NCBI GenBank assembly: GCA_052148655.1
Contig: JBKQHU010000017.1
Location: 5,614-69,613, forward strand
Source of the DNA: Acidimicrobiales bacterium
GTDB taxonomy: Bacteria; Actinomycetota; Acidimicrobiia; Acidimicrobiales; Bog-793
Length of the DNA: 64,000 bases
Direction: 5' to 3'
Shown here: one piece after another, positions 1 through 9,600 of the stretch
How positions within the stretch are numbered: position 1 is the first letter of the stretch
Layout: the number at the start of each line of letters is the position of its first letter
The notes under the pieces: generated by a model
What the model was told of the DNA's origin: nothing
Database searches by the model: none
Seen by the model: only the letters and a program-made list of their open reading frames with translations
Program-made: the position numbers and the translations under genes

Positions 1-1103
1 CCTTTCACACTCATCGGGTTCGTCGGACCTGAGTCCGAGCCACCCGACTCCGTCACTGACTCGGACCCTCCGTAGGTCAGCGTCTCGCCGCCTTGAATCG
101 TCGAGTTCTTGCTCGACAGCGCCACATTCACGAGCAGAGCGAACGAGACCTTCAGCAGCATCGGGACCCCGGCTATGGCAAAGGGAACATTGAACGACAT
201 CGGCAGACGGAGAACGGGGAGCTTGAAGTCGTTCTTGCCCGGGTCGAGGATCTGGTAGGTGATGGCGACGCCGCCGACGGACAGGAACGAGAACGCGCTG
301 CGCACGTTGCGGCCGTTGACGATATCGAAGCTGCCCGAGAGGTTTGCCTTCGCGATATAGCCGGACAGAGTGGCTTCCAAGGTCAGCCCGCCTGCACTCT
401 TGCCTGGCACGCACGTCTGTCCCGTGATGAAGGAGGCTCCGACGCATCCTTGAATGGCCCAATTGAGTCGGGACAGGGTGGGGCTCACCGAGATCCGGTA
501 TGAAAAATCGTTCGTCCCCTTACCGACGTATGAAAGCCCGACATTCGGGATAACAGGTTTGGCTGCAGCGGCCAGGGCCACTTGTGGCTCGGCGGCTCTC
601 GCTTCGCTGGTGGCCTCAGAAGGCGGCGATCCAGCTTCGAGCGTTCCGAAGGCCTCGGTGAAGTCGATCGGCTCGGAGAAGTTGACGTCCGCCGTCTTGA
701 AGATGTCGGTGAGTGCGGCTGGTCGCGTGGTCACAGTGAGGCGGGAGCCGGAACGACTCACCGAGACGACCACGGCGACCGCGTAGCCCTGCAGCAACAT
801 CACCTTGCCCGGAGCCAGCTGACTGAGTGAGCCGGACGCACTCTTGAAGACGTAAGTGCTGCCATCGCTAGAAGCGCTGAGAAGATTGGACGCCACAGTG
901 GAGGCATTGATCGTGACAACGTTCGGAGACAATGCGACACGCGGGACGAGCGTGCCAGAGCGCGCTCGAGTCAGGCGCGCGGTAGCACCATTGCGTGCAG
1001 TGAGAGGGACTGTCGCCACAGACGGCGGGACGCACGCAACCAGAGTCACGAACACTGACACGATCGCGATGCTTGCCACTAATGCTGATCTGGACTTTTG
1101 CAT
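1..1103 (-). CDS. Putative lipoprotein of unknown function (N-terminus in window, gene runs off the left edge)
   Basis: Absent from the ORF track because it has no stop in the window. My reverse-strand translation from the ATG at 1103 reads MQKSRSALVASIAIVSVFVTLVAC..., a signal peptide plus lipobox LVAC. It stays open to position 1 with GC-rich third codon positions. No family recognised. Confidence 0.6.
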   Translation of the reverse strand, partial: MQKSRSALVASIAIVSVFVTLVACVPPSVATVPLTARNGATARLTRARSGTLVPRVALSPNVVTINASTVASNLLSASSDGSTYVFKSASGSLSQLAPGKVMLLQGYAVAVVVSVSRSGSRLTVTTRPAALTDIFKTADVNFSEPIDFTEAFGTLEAGSPPSEATSEARAAEPQVALAAAAKPVIPNVGLSYVGKGTNDFSYRISVSPTLSRLNWAIQGCVGASFITGQTCVPGKSAGGLTLEATLSGYIAKANLSGSFDIVNGRNVRSAFSFLSVGGVAITYQILDPGKNDFKLPVLRLPMSFNVPFAIAGVPMLLKVSFALLVNVALSSKNSTIQGGETLTYGGSESVTESGGSDSGPTNPMSVK

Positions 1104-1323
1104 CTCCAGAAGCTACCACTGCCACTGCAATTCTTCGGGCTCTACAGGCATCGATCCGGGCTTGAACGCAGGGCTCGGCTCACCCGTGACGACTGCCCGC
1201 CGCCGGGATGGCCTGCCGTGAAGAAAGAACACCTCCGCGTCGTCTTGTGACTGCCCGGCTTACCTGGCGCGATCTCTCATATGGACATCCCAACTGCGGG
1301 CTGTCGCGGTGAGACTCGGCAGG

Positions 1324-2685
1324 CTACGGGTCCGGCAGGTACAGGAAATGAAAGAGGGCAATCCCCGCTGGAGCCTCCGGACCAGGGCGGTTGCCATTGC
1401 CTGCCCTGGGGACTTCGACAATGCGTCTCACATAAGCCGCTAAGAAGTCAGCAATAAGGACGCTACCCGCCATATTGAGATGCACGCCGTCGAGGCGGAC
1501 GACAGTCGCCCGACCGTGGATCAACACGGTGCTCTCGTAGCCACCTTCCGGACCGTTAAGAACAGAGCCTGGATTGAGAAATGTGACCCCGTGGTGCCTT
1601 GCGGCTTGCTGTGCGCAGACCTGGTCAATCACCTGCATGTATTGCGACAATTGAGGGTCCTGCATTGCCGGCTCGCCGATCCAGAGCACGTCGGAGCCTT
1701 CCTTCACGAGCTCGGTCATGATCCCTGCCACCCTGTCGGCGTAGGCCTTCCTCCACAAGCGGCTCCCGACAGCCTGGAAGCCACCGTCGAGGAACAAGTC
1801 CTGCCCGTCATTGGCGCTTCCCATATAGATGACGAGCTTCGGCCGCCGCGCTGCGACGACTGCAAGCAGATGACGTGGCCAGTCGAAGTACCCAGGGCTG
1901 ACAAGGCCAGAGCCGACCTGGTACTCCGCCAGGGTCCTCAGCTCCGGCGATGTGGCGTGGTACGTGTCCCAGGCCCATTCGGGCCCGGCAGCGGTCGAGT
2001 CCCCGGCGAAATAGATCGTTGGTCCGGGCGGGCCCGGCAGCGGCGTCCTCGTCGCCCAGGCGGTCGCGCGCTGGGCACGGGCGAGCACGTCCCGCGCCAG
2101 GGCCACGAGTTGGGCGGTGTGCAGCTGCGAGAAGTCACCGACCTGTTGCCAGAGCAACCAGTAGGTGGTGCCCGCGGCGGTGAAGTAGAGGTACCTGTTG
2201 TTGGCGATGATCGCCTGCCGGCCGAGGCCACTCACACTCTCCAAAGTGGTCACGTACTGGGTGGCGTCTTGGAACGAGGTCCGTGGTTCCGCGGACAGGG
2301 CCAGAAAGGCGTCGCTGCCCACCAGCCACTGGCAGTAGGGATAAGTGGGCGTTGCAGGGCCTACGGGACCGCCGAACTCATCGCGGATCTGTGCTCGACC
2401 GAGAAGCGAGCACGCCAACCGGGTAGCTCGATTGCCGAGTGACCCGTCGTCGAGGCGCGGACTCGGGCGGGGCCGGGACGCGGGCAGCGTCGTCGGTGGA
2501 GTCTCGCTCGTAGCGGTGGTCGTCGCGGCGACCGTGGTGGTCGTCGCCTGCGTGCTCGTAGTCACGTTCCGATGCTGGGACGCGACAGCCTGGCAACCAG
2601 CGACCGCGCCCGTCGCGACGACGGCGAGAAGGGCCCCCCACACCCGCCTGCGGGCGCGCAACCATCGAAGTGCCAGTCCGGCCAC
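1324..2685 (-). CDS. SGNH/GDSL-family hydrolase domain lipoprotein
   Basis: ORF 1324..2901. The C-terminal half carries SGNH blocks (IYFAGDSTAAG, VIYMGSANDG, DGVHLN). The start is probably the GTG at 2685, giving VAGLALRWLRARRRVWGALLAVVATGAVAGC (signal peptide plus lipobox). The upstream part of the long ORF is Arg/Ser-rich and looks non-coding. Confidence 0.7.
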   Translation of the reverse strand: MAGLALRWLRARRRVWGALLAVVATGAVAGCQAVASQHRNVTTSTQATTTTVAATTTATSETPPTTLPASRPRPSPRLDDGSLGNRATRLACSLLGRAQIRDEFGGPVGPATPTYPYCQWLVGSDAFLALSAEPRTSFQDATQYVTTLESVSGLGRQAIIANNRYLYFTAAGTTYWLLWQQVGDFSQLHTAQLVALARDVLARAQRATAWATRTPLPGPPGPTIYFAGDSTAAGPEWAWDTYHATSPELRTLAEYQVGSGLVSPGYFDWPRHLLAVVAARRPKLVIYMGSANDGQDLFLDGGFQAVGSRLWRKAYADRVAGIMTELVKEGSDVLWIGEPAMQDPQLSQYMQVIDQVCAQQAARHHGVTFLNPGSVLNGPEGGYESTVLIHGRATVVRLDGVHLNMAGSVLIADFLAAYVRRIVEVPRAGNGNRPGPEAPAGIALFHFLYLPDP

Positions 2686-3047
2686 GTCACGAAGGCTACG
2701 GCGCCAGGCGCTCAGGGAGTCGTCGCCCGAACTGGGCGTTTGCCTCACCAGGATGCGCCAGCGCGCTCGGCGAAGCCCGCGACAGGCAGCCACGCTGCGG
2801 ACGGGACAGAATCTGGCCGTGCCCGGCGACGAAGGTGACCTTGACCCGCGTCTGAGGGGCGTTCCCGTGAATGTCGTGGACGCGACGCCTGGCATACACA
2901 CACCCGAACCGAGGGCCGGCGCGCGTCCTCGAGGTGTACTCGGCTACGCGGGGATGGCGCGATGACCGCGGTCGTCATCGTCTTTGCATTCCTCCGACCG
3001 CTCGTCCTCCTCGCCTACACGGTGCTCGGCAACACGATGGCTCAGCC

Positions 3048-4160
3048 GTGAACCTGCACGCCATAGAGCTGCGTCGTGTCTGCCTGCCGCTCGTGTCAGC
3101 CTTCCGCACGGCGCACGGCACAGAGTCCGTCCGTGAGGCGCTGCTAGTCCGCGTCGAGTCAGACGACGCCGAAGGTTGGGGTGAGTGCGTCGCCGGTCCC
3201 GATCCCCTCTACTCCTCGGAGTACCTCGATTCAGCCTGGCTCACGCTTCGGCGCTACCTCGCACCGAAGCTCCTCGGTGCCCCTGATCTCACCGCCACCG
3301 ACGTTCAGCATCTTCTCGCCGAGTTCAAGGGCCACCGCATGGCCAAGGCCGCTCTCGAAATGGCGGTGCTCGACGCGCAGCTGCGCCTGACAGGCATCTC
3401 TCTGGCCAGCTTCCTAGGTGGTGCCACCGACGTAGTGACCCCGGGGGTCGCAGTCGGCATCATGAGCTCGGTCGCCGAGCTGGTGGACGCAGTCTCCGAA
3501 TACCTGGAGGCCGGTTACCGGCGGGTCAAGCTCAAGATTCAGCCCGGCTGGGACCTAGTTCCGGTCGAGGCGATCCGGAACCGCTTCGGAACCGATCTGA
3601 TGCTGCAAGTGGACGCGAACTCCGCCTACCGGCGCAGCGACATGGCTCACCTCGCCGAGCTCGACCGGTTATCCCTGCTCCTCATCGAGCAACCATTGGA
3701 CGAGGATGACCTGACCGGCCACGCTGAGCTCGCGGCCCGGATCACGACGCCTGTATGCCTCGACGAGTCGATCATCTCCGCACAGACCGCCGTCACCGCC
3801 ATCGCCCTCGGCGCGTGCTCGGTCGTGAACATCAAGGCGGGACGTGTCGGGGGTTACCTCGAGGCGCGCGCCGTCCACGACGTCTGCGTGTCACAGGCCG
3901 TGCCCGTGTGGTGCGGCGGCATGCTGGAGACCGGTCTCGGCCGAGCCGCCAACCTCGCGCTGGCCTCGCTTCCCGGGTTCAGCTTGCCGGGCGACATCTC
4001 CGCCACCGACCGTTACTTCCACGAGGACATCACCGCGCCGTTCGTGCTCGTAAATGGCACGATCGCCGTGCCTACCGGTCCCGGCCTCGGCGTCGAGGTC
4101 CTGGTCCCGGTGCTCAATCGTCTTACGACGCAGTCCGAGACCATCACAAAGGGGGATTAG
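3048..4160 (+). CDS. Enolase-superfamily o-succinylbenzoate synthase / N-acylamino-acid racemase (MenC/NSAR-type)
   Basis: ORF 2871..4160 shows mandelate racemase/muconate lactonizing-enzyme-like motifs: RVKLKIQPGWD, LQVDANSAY, LIEQPL, CLDESI, NIKAGRVGG. The start is probably the in-frame GTG at 3048 (VNLHAIELRRV...). No other men genes are nearby. Confidence 0.8.
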   Translation: MNLHAIELRRVCLPLVSAFRTAHGTESVREALLVRVESDDAEGWGECVAGPDPLYSSEYLDSAWLTLRRYLAPKLLGAPDLTATDVQHLLAEFKGHRMAKAALEMAVLDAQLRLTGISLASFLGGATDVVTPGVAVGIMSSVAELVDAVSEYLEAGYRRVKLKIQPGWDLVPVEAIRNRFGTDLMLQVDANSAYRRSDMAHLAELDRLSLLLIEQPLDEDDLTGHAELAARITTPVCLDESIISAQTAVTAIALGACSVVNIKAGRVGGYLEARAVHDVCVSQAVPVWCGGMLETGLGRAANLALASLPGFSLPGDISATDRYFHEDITAPFVLVNGTIAVPTGPGLGVEVLVPVLNRLTTQSETITKGD

Positions 4161-4209
4161 TTAGCTCAGCTGCTCATCTGTCATGGTCGCCGCCGCGACG
4201 CCTAAGTCC

Positions 4210-5172
4210 TCAGCCCTCTTCACGGGTATAGGGGATGCCAAGCGACGCAGGAGTCCCGATCCTGCGATTGGCCCAGCTCGTCGACGCCGCCGCCAGCGCG
4301 ATGACTGTCATCAAAAATGGCAGCGCTGAATAGAACTCGGAGGGGAGCACTGTGATGTTGCGCGTTTGCAGCGTCGGCCCGAGGGCAGAGAAGACGCCGA
4401 ACAGGTAGGCGCCCAGCACGAGCAGGTCGGGACGCCAGAAGGCGAAGATCACGAGTGCGATCGCGATCCATCCCATCCCGGCCGTGAGACCATCGGTCCA
4501 GATCGGAGCGAGGGCGAGTGTGAAGTAGGCGCCCGCGAGGCCGGCGAACGCGCCGCCGATCAGCGTGTGGATGTACCGGTAGGCGGTCACGTTGATCCCC
4601 ATGGCGTCCGCTGCGGCAGGGTTCTCGCCCACGGCCCGCAGGTAGAGTCCAGGCCTCGTCCGGTACAGGTAGTACATGACCGCCACGACGAGCACCCATG
4701 AGGCGTAGACGAAGGCGTCCTGATTGAACAGGAGCGGTCCGAGGATCGGCACGTTCTTCCAGCCCAGCAGGTCGATGCTGTTGAACTGGTGATGCCCGGC
4801 CACGCCACCGATGTTCCAGACCTGTCCCAGGTAGGAGGACAGGCCGATGATGCCGGCGAAGATCGTGATGGCGAGCCCCGAGACGATCTGGTTCACACGG
4901 ATCGTGATCGTCAAGAAGGCGTGGATCAGGGCCATCGCAGCACCGGCCACAAGGGACGCCAAGACGGCGAGCAGCAGGATCAGCCCGGCCGGCCCGTGCA
5001 TCTTCTGCGAGACGCAGAAGGCGGTCACGGCCCCCATGAGCATCATGCCCTCGACGCCGAGGTTGAGCACCCCGGAGCGCTCGGTGAGCAGCTCGCCGAG
5101 GCCGGCGACGACGAGCGGGGTCCCGAACGAGATGGCCGAGACCAGGACGGCGAGGACGACGTTCGAGTTCAT
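4210..5172 (-). CDS. ABC transporter permease (BMP/simple-sugar or nucleoside type)
   Basis: 320 aa polytopic protein. The N-terminus FGTPLVVAGLGELLTERSGVLNLGVEGMMLMGA is typical of this permease family. It has a 4-nt overlap with the upstream permease gene. Confidence 0.85.
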   Translation of the reverse strand: MNSNVVLAVLVSAISFGTPLVVAGLGELLTERSGVLNLGVEGMMLMGAVTAFCVSQKMHGPAGLILLLAVLASLVAGAAMALIHAFLTITIRVNQIVSGLAITIFAGIIGLSSYLGQVWNIGGVAGHHQFNSIDLLGWKNVPILGPLLFNQDAFVYASWVLVVAVMYYLYRTRPGLYLRAVGENPAAADAMGINVTAYRYIHTLIGGAFAGLAGAYFTLALAPIWTDGLTAGMGWIAIALVIFAFWRPDLLVLGAYLFGVFSALGPTLQTRNITVLPSEFYSALPFLMTVIALAAASTSWANRRIGTPASLGIPYTREEG

Positions 5173-6311
5173 GACGCCGCCTTTGTCGCAGTGACTGCAC
5201 TGACCGGGGTCGAGGTAACGGCGCGGTGGCGCAGGCCGATGCGGTAGCGGGCGAGGATCTCACCGCCGAGGACGGTGAAAAGGATGATCCCCTCCATGGT
5301 GCCGACGAGGCCGGTCGGGAACGAGGGCCCCTCGAGGGCGAAGCCGGCGTTTGTAAGGCCGCCGATGAACAAAGAGACGATCACGACGGCGAGCGGGTTG
5401 TAGAGGGCGAGCGCCGCCACGACGATGCCCGTGTAGCCGTACTGGGCCTGTTGGAGCCCGCGGGGATCGAGCACGTGACCGAAGTCGCCGATCTGGCTCG
5501 AGCCGGCGATGCCGGCGATGCCGCCCGAGATCGCCATCACCGAGACGATCTTCCGTTTCGTGCGGATACCCGAGTAGTTGGCCGCCTGAGGAGAGTCGCC
5601 CACCACCCGCATCTCGAAGCCATAGCGGGTGGAGCGGATGAGGAAGAGCAGGCTGACTGCCAGGCCGACGCCGAGGACGAAACCCATGGGCAGAACGAAT
5701 GTCCCGATGGTGATCCCCGGCCAGGAGGCAGCCGGCACCAAGGTCTTTCCCGTCGGGAACACCGAGGCTCCGGGCGTCGACAGGTCCCGCCAGTAAGAGT
5801 CGCTGTCGTAGATCAGGTAGTACATGAAAAAGCCGGCGACGTAGTTGAGCATGAGCGAGGTGAGGATCTCGTTCGTGCGAAGGTAGGCGCGCAAGAGAGC
5901 CGGAATCGCCGCCCAAATCATCCCGGCGAGAGCGCCCCCGAGGACCATGGCGATTATGAGCAGCGGGCGCGGCCAGTCACCGAGGACGAGACCAGTCGCC
6001 GAGGCGCCGACGGCGCCCATGTAGAGCTGGCCTTCACCACCGATGTTGTAAGTCCTCATCCGGAAGGCGAACGCGGCACAAAGACCCGTGAACAACATCG
6101 GCGTGGCGTAGACGAAGGTGGCGCTGAGGGCACCGTCGGAGGTGACCGCGGCGGAGTACATCTGGTGATAGGTCGAAAACGGGTTGTGACCCGTGGCCAG
6201 CAACAAGATGCCGGTGATGATCGCCGCCAGAAAAAGGGAAGCGATCGGCACGGCGAACTTGAGCCAGCCGGGCGTGTTCAAGCGACGTTCGATACGCAGG
6301 GGCCCGGTCAT
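5169..6311 (-). CDS. ABC transporter permease (BMP/nucleoside type, long subunit)
   Basis: 380 aa polytopic protein with YNIGGEGQLYMGA and ISGGIAGIAG motifs. It has 4-nt overlaps with both neighbouring genes. Confidence 0.85.
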   Translation of the reverse strand: MTGPLRIERRLNTPGWLKFAVPIASLFLAAIITGILLLATGHNPFSTYHQMYSAAVTSDGALSATFVYATPMLFTGLCAAFAFRMRTYNIGGEGQLYMGAVGASATGLVLGDWPRPLLIIAMVLGGALAGMIWAAIPALLRAYLRTNEILTSLMLNYVAGFFMYYLIYDSDSYWRDLSTPGASVFPTGKTLVPAASWPGITIGTFVLPMGFVLGVGLAVSLLFLIRSTRYGFEMRVVGDSPQAANYSGIRTKRKIVSVMAISGGIAGIAGSSQIGDFGHVLDPRGLQQAQYGYTGIVVAALALYNPLAVVIVSLFIGGLTNAGFALEGPSFPTGLVGTMEGIILFTVLGGEILARYRIGLRHRAVTSTPVSAVTATKAAS

Positions 6312-7915
6312 GCCGCGCCCGCCATCATGAGTCCTATTTGCTGCCGGTTGGCCTCGGCGACCGAGACAATTCCGACGACACGACCGTTGTAAAACACGGC
6401 GATGCGGTCTGAGAGCTCGAAGACCTCGTCGAGGTCCTCGCTCACCATGAGGACGGCGACACCGCTTTTGGCGGTGTCGACAAGAACCTGTCGCACGTAC
6501 TGGGTGGCCCCGACGTCGAGGCCGCGGGTGGGTGAGGCCGCCACGAGCACGCGGGGCTTCGAGGACAGCTCGCGAGCGAGGAGGACCTTTTGGATGTTGC
6601 CCCCCGAGAGCTGGCGGATGAGCGTGCGGGGCCCGGGGGCGCGGACGTCGAAGCGCGCCATCATCTCCTTGGCGTTGGCGAACTCCTTGCGGCTCGACAG
6701 CACCGGGCCGCGGCGCATCTCCTTGCCGCGGTAGGACTTGAGGATGAGGTTCTCGGCGATCGACAAGTTGGGCGAGATGCCGGTTCCCATCCGGTCCTCG
6801 GGCACGTAGGCGATGCCGAGGTCGATGGCCGCCCTGGGATCACTCGTGTGCAGCGCCACGCCGTCGACACTGACATGGCCCGTCGTCGCCGGTCGCAGCC
6901 CTGTGATGACCTCCGCCAGCTCGCGTTGCCCGTTGCCCGAGACGCCGGCGATGCCGAGGATCTCCCCGGCGTGGACCTCCAGGGTGACGTCCTTCAGTGC
7001 ATCGGTACCGAGGTCGCCTCGTGCGGACACGCCAGTCACCTCGAGAACGACCGGGCCCGGCTCGCCCGCCAGCTTGGCCGCGGCCTCCAGGGACACGTCC
7101 CGCCCGACCATCAAGCCGGCGAGCTGATCGGCATCGGTGCCGGCGGTGGGGACGGTCGTGATCGAGTGCCCCTGGCGCAGGATCGTCACCCGGTCGGCCA
7201 CGGCGAGGACCTCGGGCAGCTTGTGGGAGATGAAGATCACCGTCTGGCCGGCGGCGGCCATGTCGCGCACGCTCGAGAAGAGCTGGTCGGCTTCCTGCGG
7301 CGTCAGTACGGTGGTCGGCTCGTCGAGGATGAGGATCCTGGCGCCCCGGTAAAGGGCTTTCAGGATCTCGACCCGCTGGCGCTCCCCGAGCGAGAGCTGC
7401 CAAATCCTCGCCTTCGGGTCAACGGGCATCTGGAAGAGCTCTGCTGCCTCGGCGACGGTCTTCTCGACTGCCCCAGGGGAGAATCTCCACCGTGACTTGG
7501 ACCAGCCGAGAACGACGTTCTCCGCCACGGTCATGCTCTCCACGAGGCGCAAGTGCTGGTGGACCATGAAGATGCCGGCGTTCTGGGCGTCCCTTGGGGA
7601 GTGGAACCTGACGGGCTTGCCGTTGATGAAGAGCTTGCCTTCATCGGGACGGTAGAGGCCCATCAGGAGGTTGCATAGCGTGGTCTTGCCGGCCCCGTTC
7701 TCGCCGAGCAGGGCGTGCACCTCCCCGGCGGACGCCTCGAACGACACGTGGTCGTTGGCGACGACGCCGGGAAAGCGTTTCGTCATGTCGACGGCTTGCA
7801 CCGCCAGCGTCGCCGGCGTGACGCCGGGGACGCTGGCGGAGGGGCTTGACGCCGAAGCGGAGCCGGTGGACGTACCCGCCTGCTCCGCTCCAGCATCGAG
7901 CACGGAGTCGGTCAT
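6308..7915 (-). CDS. ABC transporter ATP-binding protein with duplicated ATPase domains
   Basis: 535 aa. Features are Walker A GENGAGKTT, signature LSLGERQRVEI, Walker B ILILDEPT, and a second signature LSGGNIQKVLLAREL. This is the typical sugar/nucleoside importer ATPase. Confidence 0.9.
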   Translation of the reverse strand: MTDSVLDAGAEQAGTSTGSASASSPSASVPGVTPATLAVQAVDMTKRFPGVVANDHVSFEASAGEVHALLGENGAGKTTLCNLLMGLYRPDEGKLFINGKPVRFHSPRDAQNAGIFMVHQHLRLVESMTVAENVVLGWSKSRWRFSPGAVEKTVAEAAELFQMPVDPKARIWQLSLGERQRVEILKALYRGARILILDEPTTVLTPQEADQLFSSVRDMAAAGQTVIFISHKLPEVLAVADRVTILRQGHSITTVPTAGTDADQLAGLMVGRDVSLEAAAKLAGEPGPVVLEVTGVSARGDLGTDALKDVTLEVHAGEILGIAGVSGNGQRELAEVITGLRPATTGHVSVDGVALHTSDPRAAIDLGIAYVPEDRMGTGISPNLSIAENLILKSYRGKEMRRGPVLSSRKEFANAKEMMARFDVRAPGPRTLIRQLSGGNIQKVLLARELSSKPRVLVAASPTRGLDVGATQYVRQVLVDTAKSGVAVLMVSEDLDEVFELSDRIAVFYNGRVVGIVSVAEANRQQIGLMMAGAA

Positions 7916-7923
7916 GGAGCCTG

Positions 7924-9093
7924 TTAACCCTTCGGGTTGCCGATGACGCCCTTTACGAACCAGCTGATCGAGTACTTCTGCATCACCGTGAGGGTCACAC
8001 CCTTCTTAACGACGATGTTGCCGTTCTGGGCGTAGATCGGCCCGGTGAACGGGTCAAAAGCGCCCGTGATGATGGCGTGCTGCTTGGCGAGGATCGCCGT
8101 CCGCGTCGCCGCAGCGACCGACTTGCCGAACGGGCCCATCTGGACGAAGCCGTCCGCCAGGCTGCCGTACCAAAAGCGTGCCACCCAGGTACCGTCCATG
8201 GCGGCCTTGACTTCCTGGACATAGTACGGGCCCCAGTTGTACGTGGTCCCCGTCAGCCAGGCATTGGGGGCGAAGCTCTCCTGGTTGGAGTCGTAGCCGA
8301 CCCACTTGAGGCCGTGTTGCGCGGCCACCTGACCAGTCGTCGGGCTGTCCTGCCCGTCAGCCAACACGGAGACGCCAGCCGAGACGAGACTCTCAGCGGC
8401 GGTCCGCTCGGTCGCCGGGTCGAACCAGGTGTTCGTCCAGACGATCTGCACCGTCGCCTTCGGGTCCATGGACTGGGCGCCCATCGTGAAGGCGTCGACC
8501 TCGCGCAGGCACTCGGGGATCGGGTAGGGGACGACGAAACCGATCTTGTTGTTGCCCGATGCCAGGGCTGCGGCACCGGCAGCCATGCCCCCGAGGTAGT
8601 CACCGTCTTCGCCAGCGCCGTAGTACTCCCCGAGGTGCTTGGCGATGACGGTCGTGCCGGTCGCCTGCTCAAAGATCACGTTCGGGTACTTGGAGGCGGC
8701 CTGGACCAGCTGGGGCTGGTAGCCGTAAGAGGTGGCGAAGACGATGTTCGCGCCCCAGTCGACGAGCTGCGTGATCACCGATGCACACTGGGGGCCTTCG
8801 GGCACGTCCTCTTTGTATTCGGTCACCACGCGCCCGCCGAAGCTCTTCTGGACATCCTGGCGGCCGACATCCTGGGCGTGGGTCCAGCCGGCGTCACTTG
8901 GTGCCCCGACATAGATGAACGCGGCCTTGAAGGGGTGCTTCGTCGTCCACTGGCTGCCCGGGGCGCCGAGCGCCGTCAGCGGGTTGGCTGCCGTCTTCGT
9001 GCTCGCGCCTGAGGCGGAAAGGTTCGCGACACCTAGCGCGCCGATCATCGTGAAAGCGGCCAAAACCACCGCTACCTGCTTCATCCTGCTCAT
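7924..9093 (-). CDS. BMP-family (PnrA/Med-like) ABC substrate-binding lipoprotein
   Basis: ORF 7924..9144. The ATG at 9093 (MSRMKQVAVVLAAF...) is preceded by GAGAGGAGAC. Signal peptide present. It is the first gene of a four-gene operon with the ATPase and permeases. Confidence 0.85.
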   Translation of the reverse strand: MSRMKQVAVVLAAFTMIGALGVANLSASGASTKTAANPLTALGAPGSQWTTKHPFKAAFIYVGAPSDAGWTHAQDVGRQDVQKSFGGRVVTEYKEDVPEGPQCASVITQLVDWGANIVFATSYGYQPQLVQAASKYPNVIFEQATGTTVIAKHLGEYYGAGEDGDYLGGMAAGAAALASGNNKIGFVVPYPIPECLREVDAFTMGAQSMDPKATVQIVWTNTWFDPATERTAAESLVSAGVSVLADGQDSPTTGQVAAQHGLKWVGYDSNQESFAPNAWLTGTTYNWGPYYVQEVKAAMDGTWVARFWYGSLADGFVQMGPFGKSVAAATRTAILAKQHAIITGAFDPFTGPIYAQNGNIVVKKGVTLTVMQKYSISWFVKGVIGNPKG

Positions 9094-9215
9094 GACCTGT
9101 GTCTCCTCTCGGAACGACTGGCGGAAACCCGCCGGTCGCCTCATTCGCTCGCGAACCGGGTGTGCCCGGCCCGCCGGTTCTCATCTAAGAATGCAAACTT
9201 TACGAACGCGTGTAC

Positions 9216-9231
9216 AGGGTCGTTCGACCCT
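9216..9231. promoter_or_regulatory. Perfect 16-bp palindrome AGGGTCGTTCGACCCT in a divergent promoter region (candidate operator)
   Basis: Read directly from the sequence. It lies about 125 nt upstream of the BMP SBP start, inside the 507-nt gap between the divergent BMP operon and the NCS1 permease. It is preceded by the palindrome TGTACA. Confidence 0.3.
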
Positions 9232-9600
9232 AACAGGCGAAGGCGTCGTCCTGCTCTTGCGCCCGAAGCCTACATTTGGTGACGGGCGGGAGCCCGGGCG
9301 ACGGCCGGAGCTCGTGTCATCCCAATGGGAACGCCAGACCGAGCCTTCCCTGCACCAGATGACGCCGATCGGGCCGCCCTCGCTCTGCCAACAGAGCTAT
9401 GCGGCCGCGCGGGGCTTATCAGGCTGAGCCACGAGCCAGGAGACTCACCGGGCGCGGCGCACGGAAAATCTCGCGACGCGCGAGAAGGCGTGGGACAATC
9501 TCGAGGAGGCATATTGTCTCGGTCGCACCGAGTGGGGGTAGCGACCTTGTGGAGTGAAATGAGGCCTATAAGCAGCGTCAGGTAGAGGGAGGGGGACGAT

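Noticed and set aside
4150-4210. A tRNA-like string, GGGGGATTAGTTAGCTCAGCTG, resembling an acceptor stem plus D-arm.
   Set aside because: No anticodon arm, no GGTTCGA T-loop and no 3' acceptor complement follow. It overlaps the end of the MenC-like CDS.
9094-9600. Possible ZTP-like (CGACTGGCG...CCGCCGG) or TPP-like (GGGGC...GCTGAG) riboswitch fragments near the NCS1/BMP promoters.
   Set aside because: Only short partial matches to the consensus cores. Essential elements are absent (the CCGCCTGGG pseudoknot for ZTP, the ACCTGATCTGGATAATGCCAGCG arm for TPP). The ZTP-like piece also overlaps the RBS region of the minus-strand gene.
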